Positions 49,751-61,737 of a stretch of DNA of 62,000 nucleotides are shown here, piece after piece; the first letter of the stretch is position 1, and every line of letters starts with the position of its first letter. The position numbers were made by a program, and so were the translations under genes. Below the pieces are notes generated by a model. That model did not search any database and was not told where the DNA came from. It was given only the letters and a program-made list of their open reading frames with translations. The stretch is from Chiloscyllium plagiosum. Taxonomy: Eukaryota. The DNA is taken from assembly GCF_004010195.1 (NCBI RefSeq), contig NC_057718.1, forward strand, positions 98,304,518 to 98,366,517. Reading direction: 5' to 3'.

Positions 49751-52420
49751 AACTGAGCTGAACTTTTCTCTTAATCATTCATGGAACGAGGGCATTGTTG
49801 GCTCGGCCAGAATTGCCCACCCCATAGCTAGTTAACAGTTAGCCATAATGCTGTGAGTCTAGAGTCACATGTAGGCTAGACCAGGTAAGAATGGTAATTT
49901 CCTTCCTTAAAGGACATTAATTAATCAGATGGGCTTTTCCAAAAACAATGATTTCATGGTCATCATTAGACTCTTAATTCTGAACGTTTATTGAATTCAT
50001 GTTCCAGCATCTGCCATGGTAGGTTTTGAGCCCAGGTCCCCAGAACATTTCCTAGACCAACAGGTCCAGTGACAATATCACTAGGCCATCACTTCCCCAA
50101 TTTAAATAAAGTGGGTCAGAGACATGAGTCATGCCCACCTGAGTTCACTTAAATATGGCTGAACATGGACTTAATGGGCCTTAAAGAGCACTGGTGACCA
50201 TCTCACAGTTGTATAGTGCTGTCTTCACATCTCTTAAAAATGTACCTCAATGCATCTCTTACAATGAGTTACTTAGAAGTACAGTAATTGTTGTTATACA
50301 AACAAAAAAAGCAAGTTAAGGCCACTGTTCAGCGCTGCAAAGAGGGCGGTGATTGCTTTCCATTAGAAAGACGAAAATTAGACCTTGCAATTATACATTT
50401 GGATGCTACCACCCACTCCCTCCCTTCTGCACAGTCATCAGCTCATTATATCATCCTGTTGTTCACCCACATGATATCTGAAAATCACGAACAGTCAATT
50501 ATATGCCAGTTTATAGATTTACCTCTGGCAGTCAATCAAGTAGCACCTTACTCTCACACGTCAGTCTCAACATTTTTGACCATTGGCAAAATTCATCATA
50601 TTTAATAAAAACAGTGCAGAAAATAAATACTACTTAAAATCAGGATTTGCTACTAATTTCTTAAGTGCCTATGAGAGCATCTTCTTACTGTTTCTTTTTT
50701 GGCAGGATTAATTATATTGCAGTTTTGCAAGCAGATTAGCATGGATTAAAATTCACCAAACAGCACATATTTTTAAATACTATACACCGAAGCAATTTAT
50801 TACTGCTCTCAGATTATTACCTCTGTGACTTATAAACAGTGTGCATTGATTCCCTCAACACAACCGGATCCAATTTCCTCTTCACTGTACGCTCTTTGAG
50901 TAAGGGACTAGTGTTTATGTGTGATGAAGATAAAATAAATTGCCCAGAAGGAAAGGGCCCACATAGGGAAATATAGTGAGGTATAGTCTCGCTTGATCTT
51001 CCACTACAATTTGGCAACAGATTAGCAGAAATCCTGGAGAAGCATCCGTTGATTTATCTCACTAGGGGTTTCCAGTGAGTTTAAAAGAAAAGAATGGGAA
51101 AGCCCTTGTGGAAATTTCATCTCAAGCTGTCTCAGCGGTTGTCCTCATAATTGCCCAGCACGCTGAAATCATTTAGAAACTGGACTGTGTAGATATTCTT
51201 CACAGGCTTGCATTTTCTATTCTGGCGGATTTGTAAATCAGCTTGTAGAGAATGGACACTTTCGCAGTGATGTTTGCAGACCCATGCATGCAGAAAGATA
51301 AATGTCAAGTCCTTTTAACTTGCATCATTGCAGATGCAATGCAGGCAGCTATTTCTGTCCCTCCTAAAAAATGTTGAGTCCAGTCTTTCATTGCAATAAA
51401 GCATTCGGCTAGAAAATCTCCCTGCACTCTGTCCCCTTGTTACCTTAACCCGCATAAGCTTTTATTGCATTGTCCTCATCCCTTGCCTGCTAGGGCTGTC
51501 CACTGTTCAACACTTTACCGCAGGACTCTTGGTCAAGATCAAAAGCTCAACAGCACAAAGGTTTCAGGCCTCCTTATGCCAGTAGCACTACACTTTGGTT
51601 CCCCAACCTTCATGTCCGTCAACAACAGGAAACACTGGAGTCTCAGTTTTCAAGCTGCATTGTAGCAAGATACTCCATTGCAACATCAGATGCAAATAAT
51701 GGAATGCTTAAAATCAATAATAAACCGTGCTTTAAACTATAACCTGCAGAAGAATTTAAAGAATTTTCTGATCTACTGGAATCCCAGCAGATAGCCCGAA
51801 CAACATTAGCAGCATTTGTACGATTAGATTATTTTTCACACTTAAAAGACATACCTTAAACATAGTCGCTGTTGTCTGGTACCTCGTATTCAGAATAATT
51901 CAATTATGCCATGGTAACAGGGATATTTTCAAATGATTCTCAGGAAGGAAATGGGTAAAATGAATCATAGCATTATGGAAATAGGAATAATTTGAGTACC
52001 CAATAGATCTAATCCACATCATTGTCTTTTTATGTAATCTGTTCAAATAGCTGATTATGTAATTTACTTGTATACTGATTGATATGCCATTTCACATTTT
52101 TACAAATTATTTTCTGATCTAGATATGAATTTAGTTATATGATGGTAGCAACTGTAAGTGATGCCGCTGAGATGCATCGTGGAAGATTTTTTTTGAGGAA
52201 ATTTGTTCATGGTGGAACAGTCTGAAATGGCACAATATTTTCTGCAGGGACCTAAGGAGCAAGGGTATAGAGTAAGGTGGAAGAGATGGAGGTTACAAAT
52301 CTGCATGGAAATGATTCACTTTGCTGTGGATGGTAATATTTTGCTCTATAATCATTGCACATATGCTGAATATATCCCCACATTCTTGAATTTCCAGCCA
52401 GGATTTAGTGTAAAGGAGTT

Positions 52421-52739
52421 TTAGATTAGATTACTTACCGTGTGGAAACAGGCCCTTCGGCCCAACAAGTCCACACCGACCCTCCGAAGAGCAACCCACC
52501 CAGACCCATTCCCCTACATTTACCCCTTCACCTAACACTACAGGCAATTTAGCATGGCCAATTCACTTAACCTGCGCATCTTTGGACTGTGGGAGGAAAC
52601 CGGAGCACCCGGAGGAAACCCACGCAGACACAGGGAGAATGTGCAAACTCCACACAGACTGTTGCCTGAGGCAGGAATTGAACCTGGGTCTCTGGTGCTG
52701 TGAGGCAGCAGTACTAACCACTGTGCCACCATGCCGCCC
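52421..52739 (-). mobile_element. HE1-type V-SINE, full length
   Basis: Intact head, V-domain and (ttaga)n tail in reverse orientation. Confidence 0.93.
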
Positions 52740-53632
52740 ATAAATTTACATAAACCTACCTGTTCAGTCTAATTGCCCAAGTTTGGTCACCTGTATGAAA
52801 CTGGCTGCAAGACTAACTTTTGACTAAGCCAGGAACTGAACTCTGAAAATATATCTGATTATATATAATGGGACTTGAAACAATGAGACTTAAAAGGTTT
52901 TTGCACAGGGTTCTGGCAAATTGGTATTGCAAGATCATTTGCTGGTTAAGGCATTCCAGAAGCAGAGGACATAGGTAAAAAAGAGAGTAAGTTAAGCTGG
53001 AAGTTTGGACAGAAATTTATTTTGCAAAAGGTGGAATGAGTAGGAGAAACTGCAAGAAATTCTGGCTAAATGAGATTTTAAAAAAACAAGTAGACAGCCA
53101 ATACTTGTTTGCTGAAGTGCTTCAGTAAGTTATCTGACTTCCTCCTGGTTACCTGGAGAATGCATTTTGCTTGGCAGTATACTCTTGTATTTTCCTCTGT
53201 TCATCAGCTCTGCAGGTCATTTCATGTCAGCCTTTGGGAAGTGTGGATCAGTGTTGATTTTCCTGCTCCTCCATTGCTGCCTGACCTGCTGTGCTTTTCC
53301 AGCACCACTCTTACCTAGACTCAGAGTGATAACAGGCAAAGTTTGTATCGTCCTGTATCCATCAAAATATCGCAGAAGTTCTTTTGACTGTCTGGATGTG
53401 TCTTTCTGTCAGCATGTGTCACCAGGGGTAATGTGGGTGAGGCGATGATGTGGAATCCATAGTGTTCAGGAAACTGCTTAAATTCTCTGGATGTGAATTG
53501 GGTGCTGTTGTTACACAATGTTCTTTCAGAAATTCCTTGTTCACGCACAGAACTTGTGCTGCTGAGCTGATCGATGTAGCTCTCTAATCTTCCATCTTGA
53601 GGTTCAAAAGTACCTTCAAGTCATCTCTGACT

Positions 53633-54030
53633 GTAAGAACAAGGAGCAGGAGTAAGCAATTCAGCCCTTTGATTTGCTGTTCCACTCTACATAATAATGG
53701 CTAATTTCATTCTCGGCCTTAACTCCACTTTACTGCCCATTCTCTATAACCCTTTAACCCTCACCAATTAAAAAGCTGTCTATCTCCTCTTTAAATTTAT
53801 TCAACGTCCTGCCTTTCACAGATTCACAATCCTTCGAGAGAAGTAATTCTTTCTGTGATTTAAGTCTGACACTCCTTAGTCTAAAGCTATGGCCTCTCAT
53901 TCTAAATTGCCCCACATGGGAAAATTCACTCCATGTCTACTTTGTCAATTCCTTTCAGCAACTTATATACCTCAATTATAACTCCTCCCATTCTTCTAAA
54001 CTCAAGAGAGTATAGGCCTAAACTGCACAA
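53633..54030 (-). mobile_element. CR1 3' fragment inside the Gypsy integrase
   Basis: Reverse 3' UTR (aaggagcaggagtaagcaattcagccc) and cttctaaactc motif. Confidence 0.7.
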
Positions 54031-54914
54031 TCTATTAGTTGCTATTCTTGATTGTGTGTGAATAAATCAGCTCTCACCCGTTTGCTATGAACTGGGTTGT
54101 GCTTCAGTTGCTTTCATCAACTTTTCCACTGTAGGTTTCTGTATTTCTGGTGTACACTGCATGTAGAGACTATATCTTCAATGTGTTTGTATTTGCTTAT
54201 CCAGTACACTGCTGATCTGGTTTTGGGTTTGCACTTCACCATTTCGAGATTTATCTCTTGGCGAAATTTGTCCTTCATTTCTTTGGGATTGATTGTTCCG
54301 CATCTGACTAGCAGATCACCATCCCCCATTGAGATATTGTCTCTGATAGACCTGGCTGTGTACGCTTGATCTCCACAAGGCACCCGGCATCAGTTGCTGA
54401 GAGATCATTGTAGCATTGTGCTTACAATGCAGACCATTAAGGGTTAATTGTTAAGGATTAATCAGATATGAGAATAAGCAATTGAAGACAAATGGCAAGC
54501 TTTGTGCAAAAATAAAAGCCTGTTTTGAGTGGGAGATAACTGCATAACCATGGCTGGGTTGGAGATGGAAAATTGTGCAGTTAACACAGTGCTACCTGGA
54601 AGTGTTTTTCAACCTGTTTTCTGTACAGTGGAATACCTGGAAAATTGCTGAAAGCAGATCAAAATTGTGGTACAGCACATAACATTAAATTCAGAGTAGC
54701 GTTAACACTGGGGACTTGGCTCCATTCATTGGTATTTCATCATTGGACTGGGATTTGCAAGACCTGTGCTTTGGAATCTGAGATACACCTCCAAGCGCCA
54801 CTGTCACCAAAGTCCCTGATGAGCCAAAAGGCAATGTGAGACTCACTTCTTTAAATGTATCTGAGTAGTTGAACCTAGCCATCTTAATACATATAAATTG
54901 TATAAACCAACAAT

Positions 54915-55335
54915 TGATTTGATTTAATTTATTATTGTCACATGTACCTATGTACAGTGAAAAGTTTTGTTTTGCATACAGTACACTGAGATCATACCAC
55001 ACAAAGATCACAGGGTGATTGTACAGAGCGAGGAATACAATGTTACAGCTCCAAAGAAGGTAGACAAAAAGCAAGATTAACGTTAGGTTTGAAGTTTGAG
55101 AGGTGCACTCAGAAGTGTAATAACAGTTGGGAAGAAACTGTTCTTGAACCTGTTGGTACATGTGTTTAAGCTTCTGTATCTTCTGTCTGATGGAAGAGGT
55201 TGAAAGAGATTATAACTGGGGTGGGAGGGGTCTTTAATGATCCTGACTGCCTTTCTATGGCAACAAGAAGTGTAGGTGGAGTCTGTGGATAGAAGGTTGG
55301 CTTGCATGATGGATTGAGCTGTGTTCACAATTATT
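54915..55335 (-). mobile_element. Rex1/Babar LINE 3' end
   Basis: IIKDPSHPSYNLFQPLPSDRRYRSLNTCTNRFKNSFFP. Confidence 0.85.
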
Positions 55336-56347
55336 AATTCATGTATGTATTGAGTATTTTTAACCCAGCAAATTTGCTGTCTATTAAATGACCATTTAAA
55401 TGCCTTTAATGCAGAGAAATGCAGCACCATTTCTCTTCCTGGCTTGCATTTCAGGGTGAAAGCCTAACTCTGAAGCTTCGAGAGTAATCCCTGTAGTCTG
55501 ATCTGTTTCACATATGTCTCTGTCAGATCTGCTCCACTGCAGATCACTGCCTTCAATGGACTTCCTCCTATAGCTCATAAATATCTATCAGGAGGTCAGT
55601 TAGCTCAGTTGGTTGGTGATGCAGAGTACCGCCAATAGCACAGGTTCAATTTCCATCATGAAGGTCCCTCCTTCTCAACATCTCCCCTCGCCTGAGGTGT
55701 GGTGACCCTAAGATTAAACGATCAGTAGACATCTCTCTCTAATGAGACAGCAGCCCTGTGGTCGAGTAAAACACTGGTGATTTTACTTTAGACATGCATT
55801 GAACTTCTCACATTCAGATAGAACCACTCGAGGTGATCTTTCTTTAATGGCACGTCTGGTTCCGACTGGTGTTAGAATCTTGGATGCAAATGCTGCCACT
55901 TTTCCCCCCCTCTCAGACCAGTGCTGCTTCCAGTCTTTTTGGAGAAGCATCTACTCACAGAGTGACAGGTTTCTCTTTGTCAGCCTTGTCTCTGGGCATA
56001 TTTCTGTTTTGCGTCTATTAAAGATCCTGTTACGTGTGTCTAACCACTGGGACTCTCCTGTCTATGTCAGCTTCCACATGTTTGCTGTATGTGGGGGCTG
56101 TGAGTGCCCATGTATAGGGTCAAGACAAGAATCTGCTAATCTCTCTCTTACCTCTTGCATCTTGAATCCCAGAGGTGACCACAAATCTTTCAGAACCTGG
56201 CTTGCTTCTGTAAGTATTGGCATTCTTCTGTCACAATCACAATGCATCTGTCTGTGTTCAACTTTATCCATCTCTCCTGTCTCACTCCAGGTTGTCATGA
56301 TCTTTTCTCTTTTATTCATATCTCTGGATATCATCATATATCCCCAT

Positions 56348-56643
56348 GGGCGGCATGGTGGCTCATTGGTTAGCACTGCTGCCTCACGGGCCTCGGACAA
56401 CTGTCCGTGGGAAATTTGCACATTCTCCCCGTGTCTGCGTGGGTTTCCTCCGGGTGCTCCAGTTTCCTCCCACAGTCCAAAAGTGTGCAGGTCAGATGAA
56501 TTGGCCATGCTAAATTGCCCATAGTGTTAGGTGCATCAGTCAGAGGGAAATGGTCTAGGTGGGTTACTCTTCAGAGGATCAGTGTGGACTTGTTGGGCCG
56601 AAGGGCTTGTTTCCACACTGAAGGGAATCTAATCTAATCTAAT
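56348..56643 (+). mobile_element. HE1-type V-SINE (B-box deleted)
   Basis: Head, V-domain and (aatct)n tail. Confidence 0.9.
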
Positions 56644-56870
56644 GTATGTCTCACCAGGTTTCTGCTGGAGCACATTAAAGCTGGAAGGTAGACTCAGGGA
56701 CTTTGGACTGTCCTAAGTGGGGGGGTTGAATATTGTCAACAGTTGACACCCTGCCCTTTATGTTGCTGTAGCCATTTCTGGCATTGAGCTTGCTGCAAAC
56801 TTCCGCCTGCATCAGTGTGATCCCTTCCAGTGTTGGGATGGAGTAGCGATCCTATTTTATGACGTGATTA

Positions 56871-57182
56871 AGATTAGATTAGATTCCCTACAGTGTGGGG
56901 AAACAGGCCATTTGGCCCAACAAGTCCACCCAGACCCATTCTCCTACTCTATATTTGCCCCTGACTAACGCACCTAACGCTATGGACAATTTAGCATGGC
57001 CAATCCACCTGACCTGCACATCATTGGATTGTGGGAGAGAACCAGAGCACCTGGAGGAAACCCATGCAGACACGGGGAGATTGTGCAAACTCCACAGAGA
57101 CAGTCGCCTGAGGCTGGAATTGAACCCTGGTCCCTGGTGCTGTGAGGAAGCAGTGCTAACCACTGAGCCACCATGCCACCCC
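56871..57182 (-). mobile_element. HE1-type V-SINE
   Basis: Reverse full-length copy. Confidence 0.9.
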
Positions 57183-58712
57183 GGAAGATCCAGGAAGACT
57201 CTTAACTCTACATATGGTCTTTCTTACACTATGATGGAAATTATCCAAACTGCAAGTTCTGTCACTGTGCTTTAGCTTTTTTTCAAGTGTTCCTTTTCCA
57301 TTCTTTATAAGGGGCGTGGATCATTGATTTCATTGCTGGGTTAAAGGAGATGTGAAACACTAGACCTTTCAAATCATCTCACCAAAGTATCTGGGAGCAT
57401 TTGCACCATCTCTTCAAAGGGTGCTTTTTTAATGGGTTCACTGTCTTCAATGCTCAGCCTCCTTCACCTCATGGTTTACTAAGATCATCCACAGTACCTC
57501 ACAGCTGCTCAGCCCCCTGGTCTGTTTCAATGATGTAGAACATACAGTTAACATCTTTTCCTTTGTATAGCGGCCTGATTTAGATTACTCCTGGCTGTAG
57601 AAACTGATGCTTCCTTACGGTGTGATCATGACACCTTCCAAACGTTCAGTGAAGATATTGTAGTCCTGAGTGGGGCAGATAGAGGGTGGGTGTGATGTTA
57701 CTTAAGCTCCAGTGTCTATCTTCGCCTTCAGATTTATGGCTGTGAGCTCATTTCTCAGCCTCTTCCAGACCTGAATGGTTGTGGGAATTTACTTTCTCTG
57801 AACTTTCACATCTAGACAATTCATGTGGTTGTGTGGTTTCATGTATTTATCATATTCTCAAGCTCACTGGCATCTAGGTTATGGACATTTCAGTTTCTTT
57901 TCCAGTATATTCACCTTGGTTTCCTATCTCTGGTGACTCCCCTATCATCTTCTCCCTTTGGTTTGCACATCTTTTGCCAGAGATAGAGCTTTCCATAAGC
58001 TCTGCAGATTGATCCATATGCAGGACATTTCCTCTGTCTGTTAATTCACTTGGTCATCCACAGCCCCTGCATGTCTTTCTTCCCCAATTTGGTGTTTATT
58101 CTTTTGTTCAGGTTTCACTGTGTCAAGCCCTGCTATGTTTCTCTTGGCCTAACTGAGGGCTAGTGGTTTGGCTAGTTGGCACTTTCAGCTGTCTGCTCAT
58201 ACCCTCATATGCTCTGAGAATGTCTACAGCTTACAATATTGTGAGATTATGCTTTCCAATTGGCAGTTCTGGGATGTGAGGACCCCAAATTAGTTCATCT
58301 ATCAGTCTTTCATCGGTGTCCCCAAACCTGTGTTTTCTGACATTTTTCAGTCTTGTTACAAAATTGTCAGCAGGCTCACCCAACCCCCTGCCTGAACCCT
58401 TGAAATTCCTATCAGGAGATCTGGTAGTTGGATCTTGTTTGGAGGTGGATGTTGACTCTTTCAAAACTGTTATCCATGTTTCTGCTATCTTCTGCAGTAA
58501 GTTCCCAGCTGTTAAATGAATATAACGCTTGGTTTCCTGTCCAAGAGAGGTTTTGCCTGACAATTGTTAGTGCCTTTTAGGAAACTGGTGAATGTCAATC
58601 TGTGCTTTTGTTCAAACTTCTCAAATGTCTCCCTGACATCACGAGGTGTCAAGTTCATTCTGGCTGTGCATTCGTTCTGTTCAACACTATGTTTACTGTT
58701 TTATTTTCATGA

Positions 58713-58845
58713 ATTCCTGACGAAGGGGCTTTTGCCCGAAACGTCAATTTTCCTGCTCCTCGGATGCTGCCTGACCTGCTGTGCTTTTCCAGCACCACTC
58801 TAATCTTGACTCTGATCTCCAGCATCTGCAGTCCCCACTTTTGCC
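58713..58845 (+). mobile_element. Short PLE terminal element with hammerhead core (58717-58745) and probable TSD
   Basis: CTGACGA-AG-GGGC(TTTT)GCCC-GAAA-CG-TC; flanks tattttcatga (58702-58712) / tattttaatga (58846-58856). Confidence 0.8.
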
Positions 58846-59032
58846 TATTTTAATGATGGACCCAGTGTTTCTTTCCCTGGCTCTAATTTGGGTCAATTGC
58901 CCCAATCAACATTAAGTTAATTTAAATGTTTTAGGTTTGGTCACATCTGCCGCCATGTTGTCGTGTAAAACATAATGGTTCAGAACGGGCGAATGGTAGA
59001 GACTGTGTTAAGTTGTCCCTAATCTGACAATG

Positions 59033-59154
59033 ATAAAAACAAGGACTACAGATGCTGGAAACCAGAGTTTAGATTAGAGTGGTGCTGGAAAAGCACAGCA
59101 GGTCAGGCAGCATCTGAGGAGCAGGAAAATTAACGTTTTGGGCAAAAGCCCTTC
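59033..59154 (-). mobile_element. Short PLE terminal element with 11-bp TSD
   Basis: TSD atctgacaatg at 59022-59032 and 59155-59165; element is truncated inside a degenerate hammerhead core. Confidence 0.82.
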
Positions 59155-59344
59155 ATCTGACAATGTCGATAGCCTTGGATGGAGGATCTGAGAGTTCATT
59201 TCGACATCCAAATAGCATTGGACTCTGGCTTCTGAAAGCCATTGTGATTGTGCTAACTATCCAATGTAACTGTCCAATGTTAACTGAATTGAATAAGCTT
59301 TATTGTCACGTGAACTCGAATTAGTGCAGTGAAAAGTTTGCAAT

Positions 59345-59633
59345 TTAGATTAGATTCCCTACAGCGTGGAAACAGGCCCATTGGCCCAACCAATCCTCAC
59401 CAACCCTCCGAAGAGTAACCCACCCAGACCCATTTCCCTCTGATGAATGCGCCTAACGCTATGGGCAATTTAGCATGGCCAATTCACCTGGGACTGTGGG
59501 AGGAAACCGGAGCATCCGGAGGAAACCCACAGAATGTGCAAACTCCACACAGACAGTCGCCCAAGGCTGGAATCGAACCTGGGACCCTGGTGCTGTGAGG
59601 CAGCGATGCTAACCACTGAGCCACCGTGCCACC
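59345..59633 (-). mobile_element. HE1-type V-SINE
   Basis: Reverse copy with small deletions. Confidence 0.9.
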
Positions 59634-59896
59634 ACCAATGTTGCTCCTTATGGCACCATCTTAGATACAAGGTACCTTGGTACAAATACTTAAGTATTTG
59701 GTACAAAACTAAAAGAATAATAACTAGAAGTCCGGCATAAGAATAAAAAGGAAAAAAATGTACACAATTTACATTCTTTCTACCTCAGTCCATGCCAGCA
59801 CCTAGTCTGCAGACCACACCGGGTTTCAAAACTCAAGCTTCAAAACTCGAGGGATTGCCTCAAGACTGCAGGGGTCTCATCTCTGAGACTTGCATT

Positions 59897-60250
59897 CGGG
59901 ACTAACCTCCCAATGCAACCCTCCAGTCTGGAACTCACCTCCCTGCACCAGCCTCCAGTCTGGGACTCACCTCCCTGCACCAGCCTCCAGTCTGGGACTC
60001 ACCTCCCCCCACCAGCCTCCAGTCTGGGACTCACCTCCCCCTGCACCAGCCTCCAGTCTGGGACTCACCTCCCTGCACCAGCCTCCAGTCTGGGACTCAC
60101 CTCCCTGCACCAGCCTCCAGTCTGGGACTCACCTCCCCGCACCAGTCTCCAGTCTGGGACTCACCTCTAGTCTGTGATACGCCTCCTGTGCCTTCCTCCG
60201 GTCTGAGACTGACCTCCCGTGACAGTCTGCGGGTCTGGGACTCACCTCTC
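59897..60250 (+). repeat. 32-bp minisatellite, about 8 good copies plus degenerate flanks
   Basis: Unit cctccagtctgggactcacctccctgcaccag, e.g. starting at 59952 and 59984. Confidence 0.93.
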
Positions 60251-61605
60251 CGATTTCCCTCTGAGTAAGTTTAAAATGTTAACAGTTTTTAAAAAAAGCA
60301 CTCAAGAGAAGAGAAGAGAAATGGACAGAGCAAATGAGATCCGGCACGGGACACCCTCTCCACCCTCGTGTTGGGCAGAAGGTGGGGCAGAGAAGCCCCA
60401 GATGGCACATCCTACTTTAGCACCATCTCTGCAATAACGTACAAATTGGTGTTGGGACTGATGGCTCTTGTTGAAACTCAAAGGGGTTCATCGTCTACCA
60501 CTGTGAACCATCAGGCCTTTGGACTCAGCCATCTCTCTCCAATCCGAGAGCAGCCATATGGTCTTGTAGGACTAGGGTGTCTTTTCTGGGATTTTTTTAA
60601 TATCAGTTTTAGAGACAATATTTCAAAATAGTGGCATATAGCGTTGATTACGTTAATGACATTTTTTTAGGTCAGACAGTTCCTCAGTGACAGTTCTTCA
60701 GTGACATTGTAGTAACACTATAATAATTATAGTATTACTCCAATAATTATTCAAGTTAATACAGTATTTTTCAGACAGCAGGGGGACCCCTGCAGTGTTA
60801 ATAGGAAATTGTTTGTACTCTGGTGGTATGCAACAGGAAAATTAAACATTGCAGGCCATTTGCTTATTTTTGGTTCCAAATAAACTAGGACTGATTTTTA
60901 GCTTAGAAAGAGCAGAGTTTGAAAGTTTTGTTGGCGATCTGATTGGTGTCAGAAGTAAGTATAAATACCATGGTAGAAAAGAGCTTGTTAGAGCAGTTAA
61001 GGGAATAGATTACCCCTGCAGAAAAGATTAGATTTTGAAACTTCCAAACCAAGAGTGTTTGATTAGAAATCTGCTGATTATTTGAAGCTTTGAAAATCTA
61101 AGCTTATAGTTTTGTGAATCTTTGTGGGAAAATACTTCACAGCCTCGGGAAGAAATTATGAAAAATGTGCGAAGTCAAACTTAAAGATTTGATATGGAGT
61201 TTTAAGTTATGAATTTATGTCTTTGCACTGGATAGTGTCAGGAACTAGGATGATACTATTTTTGCTGTGTGTTTTAAGATCTTTCAGACTGTGTTCTACA
61301 TCTAGACAGCTTGGTTTGTTTTTTATTAGTTTTCATTTTTTGTGTCAGACTCTTCCATTATGAAAGAAATCCTGCAGCCTTTGCAACTATGTTTCACTAA
61401 CTGCGTTGTTGTGTTGCCATAGTCTTACCACACCATAGTCACTGCTCTCTCATTAGAGAGAAGTGACTGGTGGTGATTTAACCTGAGGGCCACCAGACCT
61501 CAGGTGAGGGAAGAGGTTGAGAAGGTGAGTCCTTCATGGTAACCTCATGGTCTTGGGAATTGAACCCATACTGTTTGGTATTACACTGCTCAGCACACCA
61601 ACAAT

Positions 61606-61737
61606 TGATTCCTGAAGAAGGGCCTGTGCCCGAAACGTCGAATCTCCTGTTCCCTGGATGCTGCCTGACCTGCTGTGCTGTTCCAGCAATAAAGTTTCAA
61701 CTTTGATCTCCAGCATCTGCAGACCTCACTTTCTCCT
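61606..61737 (+). mobile_element. 132-bp PLE terminal element with perfect 11-bp TSD
   Basis: TSD acaccaacaat at 61595-61605 and 61738-61748; inserted into a family-3 SINE. Confidence 0.9.
61607..61644 (+). ncRNA. Complete minimal type I hammerhead ribozyme
   Basis: Stem I GATTC (61607-61611) / GAATC (61640-61644); core CTGAAGA; extra A; stem II GGGC(CTGT)GCCC; GAAA; palindromic ACGT stem III; predicted cleavage after GTC (61639). Confidence 0.82.

Larger units (their letters stand above)
53320..58955 (-). mobile_element. Fragmented Ty3/Gypsy LTR retrotransposon fossil (gag-PR-RT-RNaseH-INT)
   Basis: Minus-strand remnants in Gypsy order: gag DNFVTRLKN..DERLIDELIWG (about 58280-58380); zinc knuckle CPAYGSICRAYGKLYLWQKMC (57963-58028); protease AKIDTGA (about 57706-57726); RNase H PVTL*VDAS and AFASKILT (about 55870-55970); integrase zinc domain KCKPKTRSAVYW..IVSTCSV (about 54150-54240); integrase core QFTSREFKQF (about 53470-53500). 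Possible PBS TGGCGGCAG at 58955-58947. Confidence 0.85.

Noticed and set aside
55799..56524. 241-aa plus-strand ORF
   Set aside because: Antisense of Gypsy pol fused to an HE1 SINE; no protein-like features.
60944..60956. PBS-like TGGTGTCAGAAGT
   Set aside because: No LTR-terminal CA immediately upstream and no gag remnant downstream that I could recognise.
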